Assembly (NCBI GenBank): GCA_951406725.2
Contig: OX597817.1
Location: forward strand, 45,756,001-45,820,000
Direction of reading: 5' to 3'
Length of the DNA: 64,000 nt
Source of the DNA: Octopus vulgaris
Lineage: Eukaryota
Every line of letters starts with the position of its first letter. Position 1 is the first letter of the stretch. This document shows, one piece after another, positions 39,827 through 52,649 of this stretch. The notes beneath the pieces were generated by a model. That model was given only the letters and a program-made list of their open reading frames with translations. It ran no database searches and had not been told where the DNA came from. A program made the translations under genes and the position numbers.

Positions 39827-41037
39827 GCGTGTGTGTATATATGTCTGTGTATGTGTGTGTGTGCGCATGTATGTGCACGTACGCACTCAAGCACTCACAT
39901 ACACACACCCATACATACCTTTGAAGATGTTGTCAAAGTGAATTAATATATTAGAATTTCAGGTATTCTTAGCGAGCCATTTAATTATTGAAGGTGCACA
40001 ACAACTAGCCAGATAATCGGGGCTATGACTTTTTATCTGTATAAATTTAGCAAACCAAATATACTGCGTAAAAAAAATATAGAATACTTACCAGAAACTA
40101 AGTTGCGGGACATCTTCATATCTCAACGTGAGGGGGCAAAGAAATAAATTATGTATTGTGTCAACCAATCGAAACACGCAGTAGAAAAACTAAAAATATG
40201 AACAGAAACACTAACATCAAAATTATGCTTCCTATGAAAGTAAATATGCAGATGTAGATACAGAAATGAATGAAACGTTTCGGATTGTAACCTTCATCAA
40301 TAAGAAAATTGTAACCAGTTAATCAAGAGAAAAACAACGAATTATATTTGATACTGAATCTATTACAGACTAGGACTACCATGGAAATAGAATTGTTAAA
40401 TTCTGCTTCGTGATTTTTCTACTCTTCCTTTATTTCTTGTTCGTGTCTTTGTGAATATCTATGAAACAAGAGGTTAGATAATTCGCTCTTTGTTGCCTAT
40501 ATTTTCGCTATACATTTCTTCCGTTTTAATTTTTTCCCTTTATACTTTTACTCTTCCTTACGTTGCGTGTCTCATTTGTATGCCTCCACGTCATTGTCTC
40601 ATAATTATATTACTTTTGTTCATGTAACTTATATTAATTATATAATTATATTATATTAATTTATATTCTCACACCTTTGTAGGTAGTATAATAAGTGGGT
40701 GTATGCGTCTGTCATGTGTGTGTTTGTTATGTGTCTGTCATGTGCGTGATTATGAACGCAACTAAAATTTATTGCTTATGGTACTGTGCATATTTCCATT
40801 ACCGACATATACCCAACAAACACAAATCGAATTGAAGAAACAAAATGAAACGCAGCGAGAAAGGCCTCCTCATTACAAGGCGAAATTCTGACATATTCCA
40901 TCATGCTGAGTTGTTAAGCATACACATACACACATATAAGAACACATGCAACTACACACGCTCAGAAACACACATACACAGTCACACACACACACACACA
41001 CACACATACAACAGACTCATACAAACACACGCATATA

Positions 41038-41372
41038 GGCGCAGTAGTGGCTACATGGTAAGCTCCTTGCTCCCAGATACATGGTTCCGCGTTCAGTCCT
41101 GCTGCATGGCAGCTTGGGCAAGTGTTACTCTAGCCTCCAGCCGAACAAAACCGAGTGAGTGCATTTGGTAGATGGAATATGAAAGAAGCCTGTCGCATAA
41201 ATATATTAAATTTATGTGTTTGTGTATCTGTGACTGTCCCTGTAAAATAGCAGTTCGGCAAAGGACACCGATAGAATAAGCACTCAGGTTACAAAGAATA
41301 AATGCTGGGCTCAATTTGTTCGAATAAAGCCGGTGCTCCAGAATGACGGCAGTCAAATGCCTGAAACATGCT
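41038..41372 (+). mobile_element. SINE family A, degraded
   Basis: ggcgcagtagtggctacatggtaag...ggtgctccagaatgacggcagtcaaatg. Confidence 0.75.
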
Positions 41373-41425
41373 ATAGCAGAGAAAAAAATATATATATATA
41401 TATGTGCGCGTGTGTATACATACAT

Positions 41426-41486
<61 letters not shown>

Positions 41487-41500
41487 CATACATACATACA

Positions 41501-41536
<36 letters not shown>

Positions 41537-41543
41537 TATATAC

Positions 41544-41595
<52 letters not shown>

Positions 41596-41845
41596 GGAGT
41601 TCTGAATAGTTCCTAGCTTTGGCTAAAAGTAGTAAAAGTATATGCACGACGATCAGTTAAAAATTATAATATACAACTTATACCCTACTCAGATTTACGC
41701 GCTAATTTTAGTGATCTTTCAGATTTTCTGAGCTCTTTAAAAGAACTCGGAACGTTGGGCCTCAATCCTGGCCCTTCTCGACATTCCTATAACCAGGAAT
41801 TTTTCAGCACTCCCATGTGTGTGTCTGTTGTGTATGTATGCGTAC

Positions 41846-41909
<64 letters not shown>

Positions 41910-41913
<4 letters not shown>

Positions 41914-43608
41914 GGAGATGTGGAACACGAGTTGTGATATATAAAAAAAGGAAATGAAGAAAATGCTAACAAAATAATTCGAGTAAGGGAGAGTGTATTT
42001 AATTAGGTGAAAGTTCTTTTTACCGGTTGCGCATTTGTTATGCTTATCAAAAGATATTTTTAAAGAGAGATAGAGTTCCTTTCTGATAGATTTTTTTCTC
42101 TTATCTGACTTTATGTTGGGTTTGCTGTCTCTTATATGTGAAAAAAGAGGCTCCAGAGTTGTTTAAGATTTGCTTGGTTTCGCGCCTAAAATTTCTTGTG
42201 GACAATGGTCAATACAATTTTGATTGGTCATTATAAAGGTCACGTGAATGTTTGAACAGAAGTTGGTGTTGGGGTAAGAAAATAGGCTCCAGAGATGTTA
42301 AAATTTGGCTAGTGTCGCGCCTAAAATTTCTTATTGGTCATAATAAAGAGGTCACGTGGATGTGGTCATAATAGAGAGGTCAGGTGAATGTTTAGAATGA
42401 ATGTTGATGTGGGTGGTGTATGGAGTTTTCGAAAATAGCGTTGTTGAAAATTCTTATTGTTCAGGCTGGTCAGTAGACGTCATGTGGATATTTTAAATAG
42501 CTTTTTAGCGCGTAGTTAAGGAGTGTATTTTCCGCTTGACTGAATTTGAGCTGGATAAGTAAGTTCGTTTAGGACAGGAAGAGCTATATGTATGTATGTG
42601 TGCGCGCGTGTGTGTGTGTGTGTGTGTGTGTGTGTTTATATGTATGTTGGGGCGCGCGCGCGAGTATATATGTGTGCGTGTGTGGGTACAATTTTCAATA
42701 TTTATAGTCCTGCTGGCCTTGTGCCTGTATCGGGAAGCAACGTGTTTGTGTGAAGTCAATATTTACAGTCATTTCCAAAAAATAGTGTTGGATGTTTTGC
42801 ACCCGTATCAAATTATGTGTATGTGTGGAACCATATATTTGCGTGTGTCATGGTGTTAATATCTGGGTAAAAGTGTGTGTAGGGTGTGTGCAGGTGTAAG
42901 TGTGTTTGTTGTGGGTTTGTGTTAGGGAGATGTGTTTAGAAGTGGTCTGTATTTATTAATAAGGTGGGATTACATGGTTATTCGCTGGGTATGAGTGGCA
43001 TTGTCTTTAAATTTGTAGAGGGGAAAGATTCTAAAATTGGGATGAAGTTGTGCGGCACAGGTATCAATATGTGCACTAAGTGCTATTTTTCTGTATTCCT
43101 GTATTTTTATTTGGGATATGTGGACAGTCATGCGTTGGCGGAGGCTATTATTAGATTGGCCTATGTAGTGTTCATTACAGCCCGAGCAAGTTAAGACATA
43201 TACTAGGTTTTCTGATGCTCATGTGAAGTTGTGTTTTACTGTGAAACGTTGTCCTTGTTTAAAAAGGAATTCTGGACCTTCTATTAGGTTGATGCATATA
43301 CCACAGTTGGGTCTATTGCATTTGTTTACTGTGGGTTTAGTTGTTGTGGTTGGCAGTACTTTGGCATTTGTTAGGATGGTTTTCAATGATTTGGGTTGCC
43401 TTTTGCTCTTTATGATTTCGTGTGTTAGGAGGATTTGGTTCATTCTATGGTCCTTTTTTAATACAGGAATGTTCTGGAGGATGGTGTCAAAAGCTTCATT
43501 GTTGAGGGGGTTGTGTGTAGAGATGTATGGTAGAGTATGGGATTTCGCTGTAACAGGTTTAGGGCGTCTAAATTCCTGTGTGCTGAGTTTTAGGGCGCGT
43601 TGGATAGG
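41910..43608 (-). mobile_element. 5'-truncated Penelope-like element (Neptune-like, C-terminal GIY-YIG with a Cys-rich linker) and long 3' region
   Basis: Minus translation LPYISTHNP...KRQPKSLK...KCNRPNCGIC...FT*ASENLVYVLTCSGCNEHYIGQS...LRQRMTVH...KYRPLLN; ends at (TA)n; contains stops. Confidence 0.87.
42015..42054 (-). ncRNA. Degenerate minimal hammerhead in the PLE 3' region
   Basis: Minus tctt-tTGATAA-gcat(aacaa)atgc-GCAAC-cg-GTA-aaaaga; stems present, core mutated. Confidence 0.55.
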
Positions 43609-44826
43609 TTTATTCGAATTCTGTTTAAGTCAAGTTTTGTTCATGGTCCATTCAAGTAGTGAGTTCTTGTTGGGTGAGTTGTATCCATTTATGGGTGGCT
43701 TGTCTGGTATTCTTTGAAGGAATCTATCCAGACTCCGTTTAAAGTTGATGGGATCCTTTTCCTCTTTGATCTCTTTCGGGACAGTGTTAAATAGGGCAGG
43801 GCCTGTTGAGGAAAAGAAATTATGTTGCATTGTACATGTATGCTGTGATCTTGAATTGGGCAGGAGACGTATGGCCCGTGGTCCCAGTCTTGGATGAACC
43901 TTGAAGCTAATGTTAAGGTCGTTTGGGCAAAGTTGACGGTATATTCTCCACATCGTACAAATGATGTACCGCTCACGGCGATGCTGGAGAGAGTAAAGTT
44001 TCAAGGCTTTAAGGCGATCCCAATAATCGAGAGCAGCCATGCCTTCAATTCGTTTAGTGAATGCCCTCTGGGGTGACTCAATCCTCGAGATGTTTTGTCT
44101 TGTATGGGGAGACCACAGTGGGAAGCAGTATTCGAGGTGTGGCCGTACAAAGGAGGAGAAAAGTGGTATGATGACACCTTGTTCTCTGGACCGGAAAGTC
44201 CTTAAGATCCAGGAACTCATCCTACGAGCTATAACGACCTTCTTGTTGATGTGTGCACTCCAACTGAGATCGTCATCAACAATTACACCCAGGTCTCTGA
44301 TATTGTTAGAGGCTGTGAGCGGTTTTCCTGAATGAAGAGAGTATGGCTGTTTTAGTGAGGAATTTCTTCCAAAATGCATCAGCTCAAATTTTCCCTCGTT
44401 CAGTTGCATTTTGTTTCTGTCTGCCCATTGATTCACAGCATATAGATCAGACTGGAGTTGAGTTCAATCTGCTTCTTCATTGACGTTTTGCTGGAGCTTA
44501 GTGTCATCAACAAATATTTTCACTTTGCAGTAATGTACGACACTGGAAAGGTCGTTTATGTAAATTATGAAGAGTAGCGGACCCAAGACAGTCCCCTGGG
44601 GGACACCGCTGGTGACTTTTGCTGGGCTTGAGTGGACTCCATCAACTACTACATGTTGTGTTCTATTCGTCAGGAAATACTTAAGTCAAGATATATGATG
44701 TCAGAGTTCGGACCTGTTCCCAAGGGTTTGAGTACATCTTCAAAGTGGTGTAAGAGCTGTGTTAGACAGTCCCTGCCACAGCGAAAGCCATGCTGATTTG
44801 CATTTAGGAGTTTGTGGGTCTCCAAG
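43609..44826 (-). pseudogene. CR1/L2-group LINE ORF2 3' part (RT), with a stop and an internal deletion
   Basis: LLNANQHGFRCGRDCLTQL...IIYLD; SGVPQGTVLGPLLFIIYIND...FVDDTK; RDLGVIVD...VRPHLEYC..WSP...RRERY. Confidence 0.92.
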
Positions 44827-44882
44827 AGGAGTTTGTGTGTCTCCAGGAGGAGTTTCTGGGTCTCCAGGAGAGTTTGTGGGTC
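44807..44882. repeat. ~21-bp tandem repeat x3.6 at the LINE 5' junction
   Basis: Unit ggagtttgtgggtctcca(a/g)ga. Confidence 0.85.
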
Positions 44883-45520
44883 ATAAAATATTATATTATA
44901 TATATATATATTCAGTTTCTGTAATGTGTAGATATCTAACTGTATAGATATATAGATATATAATTGAAAAACTATGTTTATTTTTTATACATGTATATAT
45001 ATATATATATATATCGATATATACACACACACACCCATATATATATATATATAATGATCAACTATATAACTAAGCTGTCTTAACATTTGATGTTTGAGAT
45101 GGGAAGATCCTGTTTTACATATGCTCTTGCATATCCCTGTGTGTATGTGCGAATGTATTCGTTCATGCAAATTTTATTGATTTTAAGATATCATACGGAT
45201 GTTGCATGTTTCATCATTTAGGAATTTTGCAAGAAAAGCTATTAGAAATAAATTACAAAAGAAAACAATAACAGAAGCAAAACTCTAGAAATATATAAAG
45301 AAATTTTCCTTGATTAAATTCAGGTGTTGCATCTAATTACTGCTCGGCAAAACAAACATACTAATTACAATGTCACTATGTATGTCAAATGTAAAACTGC
45401 ATGCAAATTCAAATAATTGTAGCTAATGTTTTATATATAACGTTCAGTGAGTATATGGTAATTATTTATAACATTCCAATTCACACACACACACACACGT
45501 GTGTGTGTATATATATATAT

Positions 45521-45906
45521 ACTCTTATTCTCTTTTACTTGTTCGATTTATTTGATTGTGCTCATGCTGGAGCACCGCCTTTAGTCGAGGAACTCGACCG
45601 GAGGACTTATTCTTTGGATGCCTACTACTTAATCTATCGGTCTCTTTTGCCGATCCGCTATGTTACGGGGACATAAACACACCACCATCAGTTTCCAAGC
45701 GATGTTGGGGGGACAGACACAAACACACAAATATATACACACATATAGATATATATATATGCATATATACGACGGGGTTCTTTCAGTTTCCGACTACCAA
45801 ATCCACTCAAATGGCTTTGCTCGGCGCGACGTGCCACGCAGTGGGACTGAACCAGGAACCATGTGGTTGTTAAACAAGCTCCTTACCACACAGCCACTCC
45901 TACGCC
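45521..45906 (-). mobile_element. SINE family A with an internal deletion
   Basis: Homologous to 13595-14004. Confidence 0.85.
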
Positions 45907-45954
45907 TAATATATATATATATATATTGGAAGGTTTGGAGATGATGTACAGGTA

Positions 45955-45999
<45 letters not shown>

Positions 46000-46052
46000 T
46001 ATATGTATGTATAGATATACACATATATATTTAGTTATGTATGTATATGCGT

Positions 46053-46382
46053 GAAGGTGCATGGCTCAGTGGTTAGACCGTCGAGCTTGCGATCGTGAGT
46101 TTGTGAGTTCAAGCTCTGAACTGGGCTGCGTGTTGTGTTCTTGAGCAAGTCACTTTATTTCACGTTACTCCAGTTCACTTAGCTGTAGAAATGAGTTGCG
46201 ACGTCACAGGTACCAAGCTGTATCGGCCTTTGCCTTTGCCTTGGATAACACGGGTGGCGTGGAGAGGCCGTTACGTTTGGGCGACTGCTAGTCATCCATA
46301 AACAAACTTGCCTGGACTTGTGCCTGGGAGGGTATTTTTTCTAGGTGCAATCCCATGGTCAGTAATGACCGAAGGGAGTCTC
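46053..46382 (+). mobile_element. tRNA-derived SINE sharing a central block with family D
   Basis: TGGCTCAGTGG...GAGTTCAAGCTC; ttgagcaag.cactttatttcacgtt.ctccagt.cact.agctg also occurs in 36633-36958. Confidence 0.8.
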
Positions 46383-46392
46383 TGTGTATATG

Positions 46393-46449
<57 letters not shown>

Positions 46450-46599
46450 TATTTATACATGCGTGTGTATGGTCTAAATGTATATGTGTATATACGTATG
46501 TAAATATGTATATATATATATATATATATATACATATATATATCATTAACATATGTCTATAAATGTATGTATATGTATGTATGCGTGCGTGTATGTGCG

Positions 46600-46812
46600 T
46601 TTGTGTTTGCGTTTGTCCCCCCACCCTCTTTTGACAACCGATGGTGGTGTGCTTATGTGCCAGCAACCTAGCTGTTCAGTAAAAGAAACCGATAGAATAA
46701 CTACTGGGCTTAGAAAGTATAAGTCCTGGTGTCAATATATTCGACTAAAACCTTTTCAGGCGGTGCTCCATCATGGCTGCAGTAAAAGGACTGAAAAAAA
46801 GCAAAAGAATAA
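46600..46812 (+). mobile_element. SINE family A, 3' half
   Basis: gtttgtcccc...gatagaataa...ggcggtgctccatcatggctgcagt. Confidence 0.75.
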
Positions 46813-46866
46813 CACAATGAAAGAATACATACATACATATGTATGTATATATATACATGTCTATAG

Positions 46867-46905
<39 letters not shown>

Positions 46906-47289
46906 ATAAATAAAAATATATGCATACATACAAACATATATGTACGTACCTACATCTACATGTATATATACATGCACATATAAATAATTATACGTGAGTA
47001 CAGGACACCACAATAAGACGTAGAAACGAGAAAATCAAAAAAACAAAAAACAAGAAAACGAAAAAACAAAAAACAAGAAAACGAAAAAAACAGTTACAGG
47101 ACGTGCTACACAAGGAAAAAACCCCGTCATCAGCTGTCGCTAGTAGAGTCAAGCATGTTTCGAAGGCAGAGACAGAACACTAATCCACTAGGCCTTCCTG
47201 CGAGAGAATTAAAATAAAATTCCAAGCAGCGGGGCAAAATGAGTACGAACACGAACAGGACGTAACAATAAAACTGCAAATATATATAT

Positions 47290-47590
47290 ATAATTAAGGG
47301 AGCATCATAAGTTGCTTCATCACGTACCGATATTTAGAAATAGCAGTCAAACCACTAAATCTTCTACTATAATATATCTCCACAGACAGTTGTTTGATTG
47401 CTATTTCTAAATTTCGGTATGTGGTGAAGCAACTTTTGCTGATCACTTAATTATGCTTATAATTATGAAAAAAAAAACACTTTTTGTATAAGTTTTTACC
47501 GATATTGTTTTTTTTATTCCATACCGAACTACTTGGTAAAATTATTAATTATTAAATTAATAATTCTTTACTCTATCTCTATAAAGAATA
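47290..47590. mobile_element. Short foldback element with an unpaired tail, in (TA)n
   Basis: taattaag...aagttgcttca.cac.taccga.atttagaaatagca.tcaaac is mirrored at 47392-47453. Confidence 0.78.
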
Positions 47591-47637
<47 letters not shown>

Positions 47638-47710
47638 TATATATATTTATGTACATATATTTATTTATATATATTTATATACATACATATATTTATTTAT
47701 ATATATTTAT

Positions 47711-47760
<50 letters not shown>

Positions 47761-47788
47761 GTATATATATTTATATATATTTATATAC

Positions 47789-47839
<51 letters not shown>

Positions 47840-48629
47840 TATAAGCGTGTATGTACGTATATACGTACGTATTTATTTATGTATGTATGTTTCTAAGTAT
47901 GTATGCATGCTAAGCAAAAACTCGTATATATACATTAACCGCTAATGTGTTTGTATGTCTAGTTGTCTACCTTTATTCCTTCTGTGCATATATTACGTCT
48001 GAAAAACGAAGGGGCACACCATCATTAAGCCTTATTATGTTTTACTGTTTTTCCCTACGGAATACATTATTATTATATAACATTATTTATCCATGAAATT
48101 CTCGCATTGAAATTATATTTAATGTTCAGTAATTGTTACTTGTCACCAGTTATTCATATTAATATTCGAGCTTTGATAGCTCGGTTATTGTTTGAAAATA
48201 TTTCACCCGTCCCTAAATTTGCTGCATATTAAACATTAACCATTTTCTGGAATACACATTACCTGTTAATTTCCAATTTATGGCATACAAGATACCTACA
48301 TTTTAGATAGTTGAAATATATTTGAATTGAGCATGGGAACAACATATGTTTGATCAAATACCCAGAAACAGAGCTACATTCAATAACACAATATTCTGTA
48401 AATTAGTGGTATTCTTATTTTCCTGACTGGTAGAGGAAGAATGGAATGTAATTATTGTTAAATGTGAATCAATGCATAGTTAAAACTGTAAATCACCACC
48501 ATCTTTCAGTTTTAATTCTACATATGCACAACTACGACATATCTTTTGATTTTACATGTTTCATTTATTAGTATGCGTCCATGCAAAAGTGTACTCATTC
48601 CGATCGAGGCCTCGATCGGAATGAGTACA

Positions 48630-48682
48630 CTTCCTTGGATGTGGTAACCGTTTCTCATGCTCCCTCTCCGAAATCGAACCCT
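48630..48682 (-). pseudogene. 18S rRNA gene fragment
   Basis: cttccttggatgtggtaaccgtttctcatgctccctctccgaaatcgaaccct matches the conserved 18S antisense CTTCCTTGGATGTGGTAGCCGTTTCTCAGGCTCCCTCTCCGGAATCGAACCCT (recalled) with 3 mismatches. Confidence 0.88.
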
Positions 48683-48704
48683 TTAGGTCCAAATTTAGGG
48701 CATC

Positions 48705-49455
48705 GTCTTGAAGGGCTTTCGGTTGATCGACTCGACCCCAGCAATTTTCTGTTAAAGCCTGATACTTATTCTATCGTTATCTTTGGTCAAGCAGCTAAGT
48801 TATGGGGACGTAAACATACCAGCAACCTTTGTCAAGCGGTGCTAGGCACAAGTACTGAAGCAAAAATACACGTAGATTTATATGAATACGACTGACGTCT
48901 TTCCGTTTCATATTTCTTTACTGCCCACAGGGGACTACACACAGAGAGAACAAAAATGGACAAATAGATTAAATCGATTATATCGACCCCAGTACTTATT
49001 TAATCGAGCCCGAAAGGATGAAAGGCGAAGTGGACCTCAGCGGAATTTGGACTCAGAATTTAGCGGCAGGTGAAATACCTATTTCTTTACTACCCACAAG
49101 GGGCTAAACACATAGAGGACAAACAGGGACAGACAAACGGTTTAAGTCGATTGTATCGACCCCAGTTCGTAACTGGTACTTATTTAATCGATGAAAGGCT
49201 AAGTCGACCTCGGCAGAATTTGAACTCAGAACGTAGCAGCAGACAAAATACCACTAAGCATTTCGTCCGGTGTGCTAACGTTTCTGCCAGCTCGCCGCCT
49301 TAATGTCTTTCCGTTGCTGTCTACCAAATCCACTCGCAAGGCTTTAGTCAGTTCGAGGCTATAGTCGAAAATATTTCTCAAGCTTTCATAGATGGGGTTG
49401 AACCCGGAACGATGTTTTTGGGAAGCAAACTTCAAACGATACAACCACACCATTT
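48705..49455 (-). mobile_element. Degraded SINE family A with a nested SINE family B dimer (48911-49300)
   Basis: Family A halves lie on either side; direct repeat gtctttccgtt flanks the dimer. Confidence 0.8.
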
Positions 49456-50196
49456 TGACCTAAGTGGAAGCAAATAAAAAAAAAAATTATCTCATTGATT
49501 TACATCAACTTTCATGAAAGGTAAATTAAAAAATGCCACTCATGAAAATGACATCCAGTATATTATTTAATCAGCCTTCCATTCTTTACAATTTATCTTT
49601 GTCTTGCAAAAGAATTCTATGAAGAAATACGTTCTTTATTACTTATATATCACTTTATTTATTTTCTTTTTTTGAGGGGAGATAGGAGTTGTGGGTTAGT
49701 TGTTGGGGAGTTGTCGTTATCGACGTCCGTTTGATGTAACTGGACCAGAAGTTATAAGTGCGAAACTAAATTCCAAATGAATTGAAATCAGTCATTCCAA
49801 TGTTTTTCGACAACTGACTGTTTTTCTTAAATTATTGGAATTTTAATTCAGGTTTATTTTTATGTTGTTTTTTTTTTTAAGTTGTATTTGATTTCATGAA
49901 CAATATGGTGTGTGAGTGAAGAAATTAAAATTTGGATAGAATTACGCCATTTATTTTGGCTTTTTGCGTACTGTGTTAATATCCTACTCTCAGCAACATT
50001 GCCATTCAGGTGCTTGTGTCAATAGTCTGCTTACGTTTTCTTTCTTTTTATCTCTTTCTCCCTCAGTCCTCTCTCATTCTCTCTCTTTCTCTCTCTCTCT
50101 ATCCCACACTTTCCTTCTTTCTGTTTTCTCCCATGAATTCGATTATGTTGCACCACAGTGAGAAGGCGATCTGATAACAATAATAATTTTCTTTAA

Positions 50197-50405
50197 GACG
50201 GCGAGCTGGCAGAACTGTTAGCACGCCGGGCGAAATGCTTAGCGGTAATTCGTCTGTCTTTGCGTTCTGAGTTCAAATTCCACCGAGGTCGACTTTGCCT
50301 TTTATCCTTTCGGGATCGATAAATTAAGTACCAGCTGCGTATAGGAATCGATTTAATCGCCGGGCCTCTTCGCCCAAAATTTCAGGCCTTGTGCCTTGAG
50401 TAGAA
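50197..50405 (+). mobile_element. SINE family B-related copy with a different tail
   Basis: Head and central domain as in family B; tail aaatttcaggccttgtgcct; older related copies at about 11990-12120, 32090-32270, 50712-50920, 51060-51200, 52961-53172. Confidence 0.8.
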
Positions 50406-52482
50406 AAAAAATAATACTGTTCTTTTCTCCATATAATCTGGTGGGTTAAAATAAATGGGTGACAATCATTTATTATAGAAAAAGTTTATATTTTTCTGGG
50501 TGCATTTCAAGACATGACTGATATATACTACAGCACAGAATGTATATAAAGAAGAATACAAGAAAATTATTTGTCACAGAGAGTACAAATATCGAAATTT
50601 AAAAAAAATTATCGGATATAATAATAGATATCGTTTACCTTAATTGATTACATAATGACGACGCACAAACTCAACAATGGTCAAAATTGAAACCGATATG
50701 TAAACACTATAAGGCGGTCGGTGTGTTGGCAGATTCGTAGAAGGCTGAGTAAAATCTCGAGCGGTATTTCATCCATCTTTACTTTCTGCGTTTAAAATCC
50801 ACTGAAGTTCACTTTGCCTTTCGTCATGCTGGTGTCAATGAAATAAGAACTCGGGGCTCAATGTAATCGATTTTCCGTCTCCCCGGAAATTTCTGGCCTG
50901 TACCAATAAATTGAAACCTATATGCAGACACTATCCCAAATACTGCAAAAATAATTTCTGTGGTAAAGTTTTTTTTCTCGTTGAATAACAGTTTATGACA
51001 TTATGTAATATTGATCAATAAGTTTTAATGCAGCGAAATGATGAGAATATTTTCTGTTTTAGGCATAATGCCAGCAATACTTCAGGCGGTGGGGTTAGTC
51101 GATTCTATGAAAGGATTTCATGTGTACTTTATTTTTTCGACCTCGGCGGTATAAAAGACTAAGTTGCCCTCGGTGGATTTGATCTCAGAATGCGGAGAAC
51201 TACACAAATTACTAGAACGTATTATCCTGGTGATCTGACATGGCTAACCGATCATCTGCGAGATAGAACTTTTGAAATGACTATGAATGAAGCATTATCT
51301 AACCCATTATTTGGTTATATATCTCATGAAGTCATGAACATCACAACATCGTTTCCTCTGTGGTTCTGAACTCAAGGTCATTCTCCTGAACAAATTCGTT
51401 TCAATGATATGTTATTTCTGACGTGGAAAAGCGGACGTTCGTGACGAGGTGACGACTGCAGGCCAAATGAATCAACGACAACTTCACTAAGCCTTCACAT
51501 CCTGTCATCTGGGTAATGTAAATGTTATTAGGACTATGTTGTGGCAGGAATAGCAAAGTGATAGTAGCAATGGAGAAAAAAATATAAAAATAGAAGTCAA
51601 AATTTAAGATCTTGAGTTGATGTAGAAGAAATTTGTTGTGTTAAATTTGGATATAGAATTAAGATGGTTTGAAATATTGACATTAATGGACAGTACCATG
51701 GCAACAAATGGCATTGCTTAGCGAGTTCCTGTCGAAATCACATAATGTTTTTATATTTAAAATCAAGCTTTCTATATTAAAGTAATATTAAAGGCTAACG
51801 TCACACAAATAGATAAACACGCAGTTGTATGTTTGTATATAAGCATGCGTGTTTCTAAGGTTCAATATGTTTAAGGTTCATACTTTATTCAATCACATTA
51901 TTTTTATTTCTTCCAATGCTAGATATAGATAATATGTGCAATTCAATAAGTTGCTTGAATTAACCCTTTAAATAGAATACTATTAATTCATAGATGCGAT
52001 GTTTTCTAATACACAGGTCCTTGTACATACAACGACATAGCCACTAGCAAGACGGTGTTTCTCAAAAGATTAACGTATAGTTTCGTCTGAGTTCAAGTCA
52101 GGCTGAAATCAACCAATAAATAATGTAGCAATACTGTTTAGTTTTAATGGCATTATATACACGTGCCATTTTATTTTCTCAAGCAATTCTATACATTGAT
52201 ACAGTATCAATGTTCCTGTCTTGAATAACTTTTATTAGCAAGACGTTCACACGCACATGTGACTGCAATGTTTCTGGGAAGAAGCAAGGAAATCACAGAC
52301 TAAGCTATATATGTGTTATCCAAAATCTTTATTCAAATCAATTGTCTCAATAAACTTGAAGCATTTTGTTGCATCTCGGAACGGTCATTATGCCGATAAT
52401 AATCGCGGGCACTCATTCTGTTACACTTCTATATTTGTATTGGTCAAATGGTTTAACATTTAACCAATTTGGTAATCGGTAC

Positions 52483-52649
52483 ATATTTCTTTATTGCCCA
52501 CAAGGGGCTAAACATAGAGGGTACAAACAACGACAGACAAATGAATAAAGTCGATTACATCGACCCCCCAGTGCGTAAATGGTACTTATTTAATCGACCC
52601 GGAAGGATGAAGGGCGAAGTCGACCTCGGCGGAATTTGAACTCAGAACG
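52483..52649 (-). mobile_element. SINE family B, 5'-truncated
   Basis: tatttctttattgcccacaaggggctaaac...ggcggaatttgaactcagaacg. Confidence 0.82.

Noticed and set aside
43219-43221. In-frame TGA at a Cys-like position (FT*) of the PLE as selenocysteine, as in Naiad PLEs
   Set aside because: The endonuclease is C-terminal (not the Naiad layout), a TAA stop occurs further down the same frame, and I saw no SECIS; decay is simpler. The family consensus would settle it
48630-48682. Functional rRNA locus
   Set aside because: Only ~53 nt with substitutions and no surrounding rDNA
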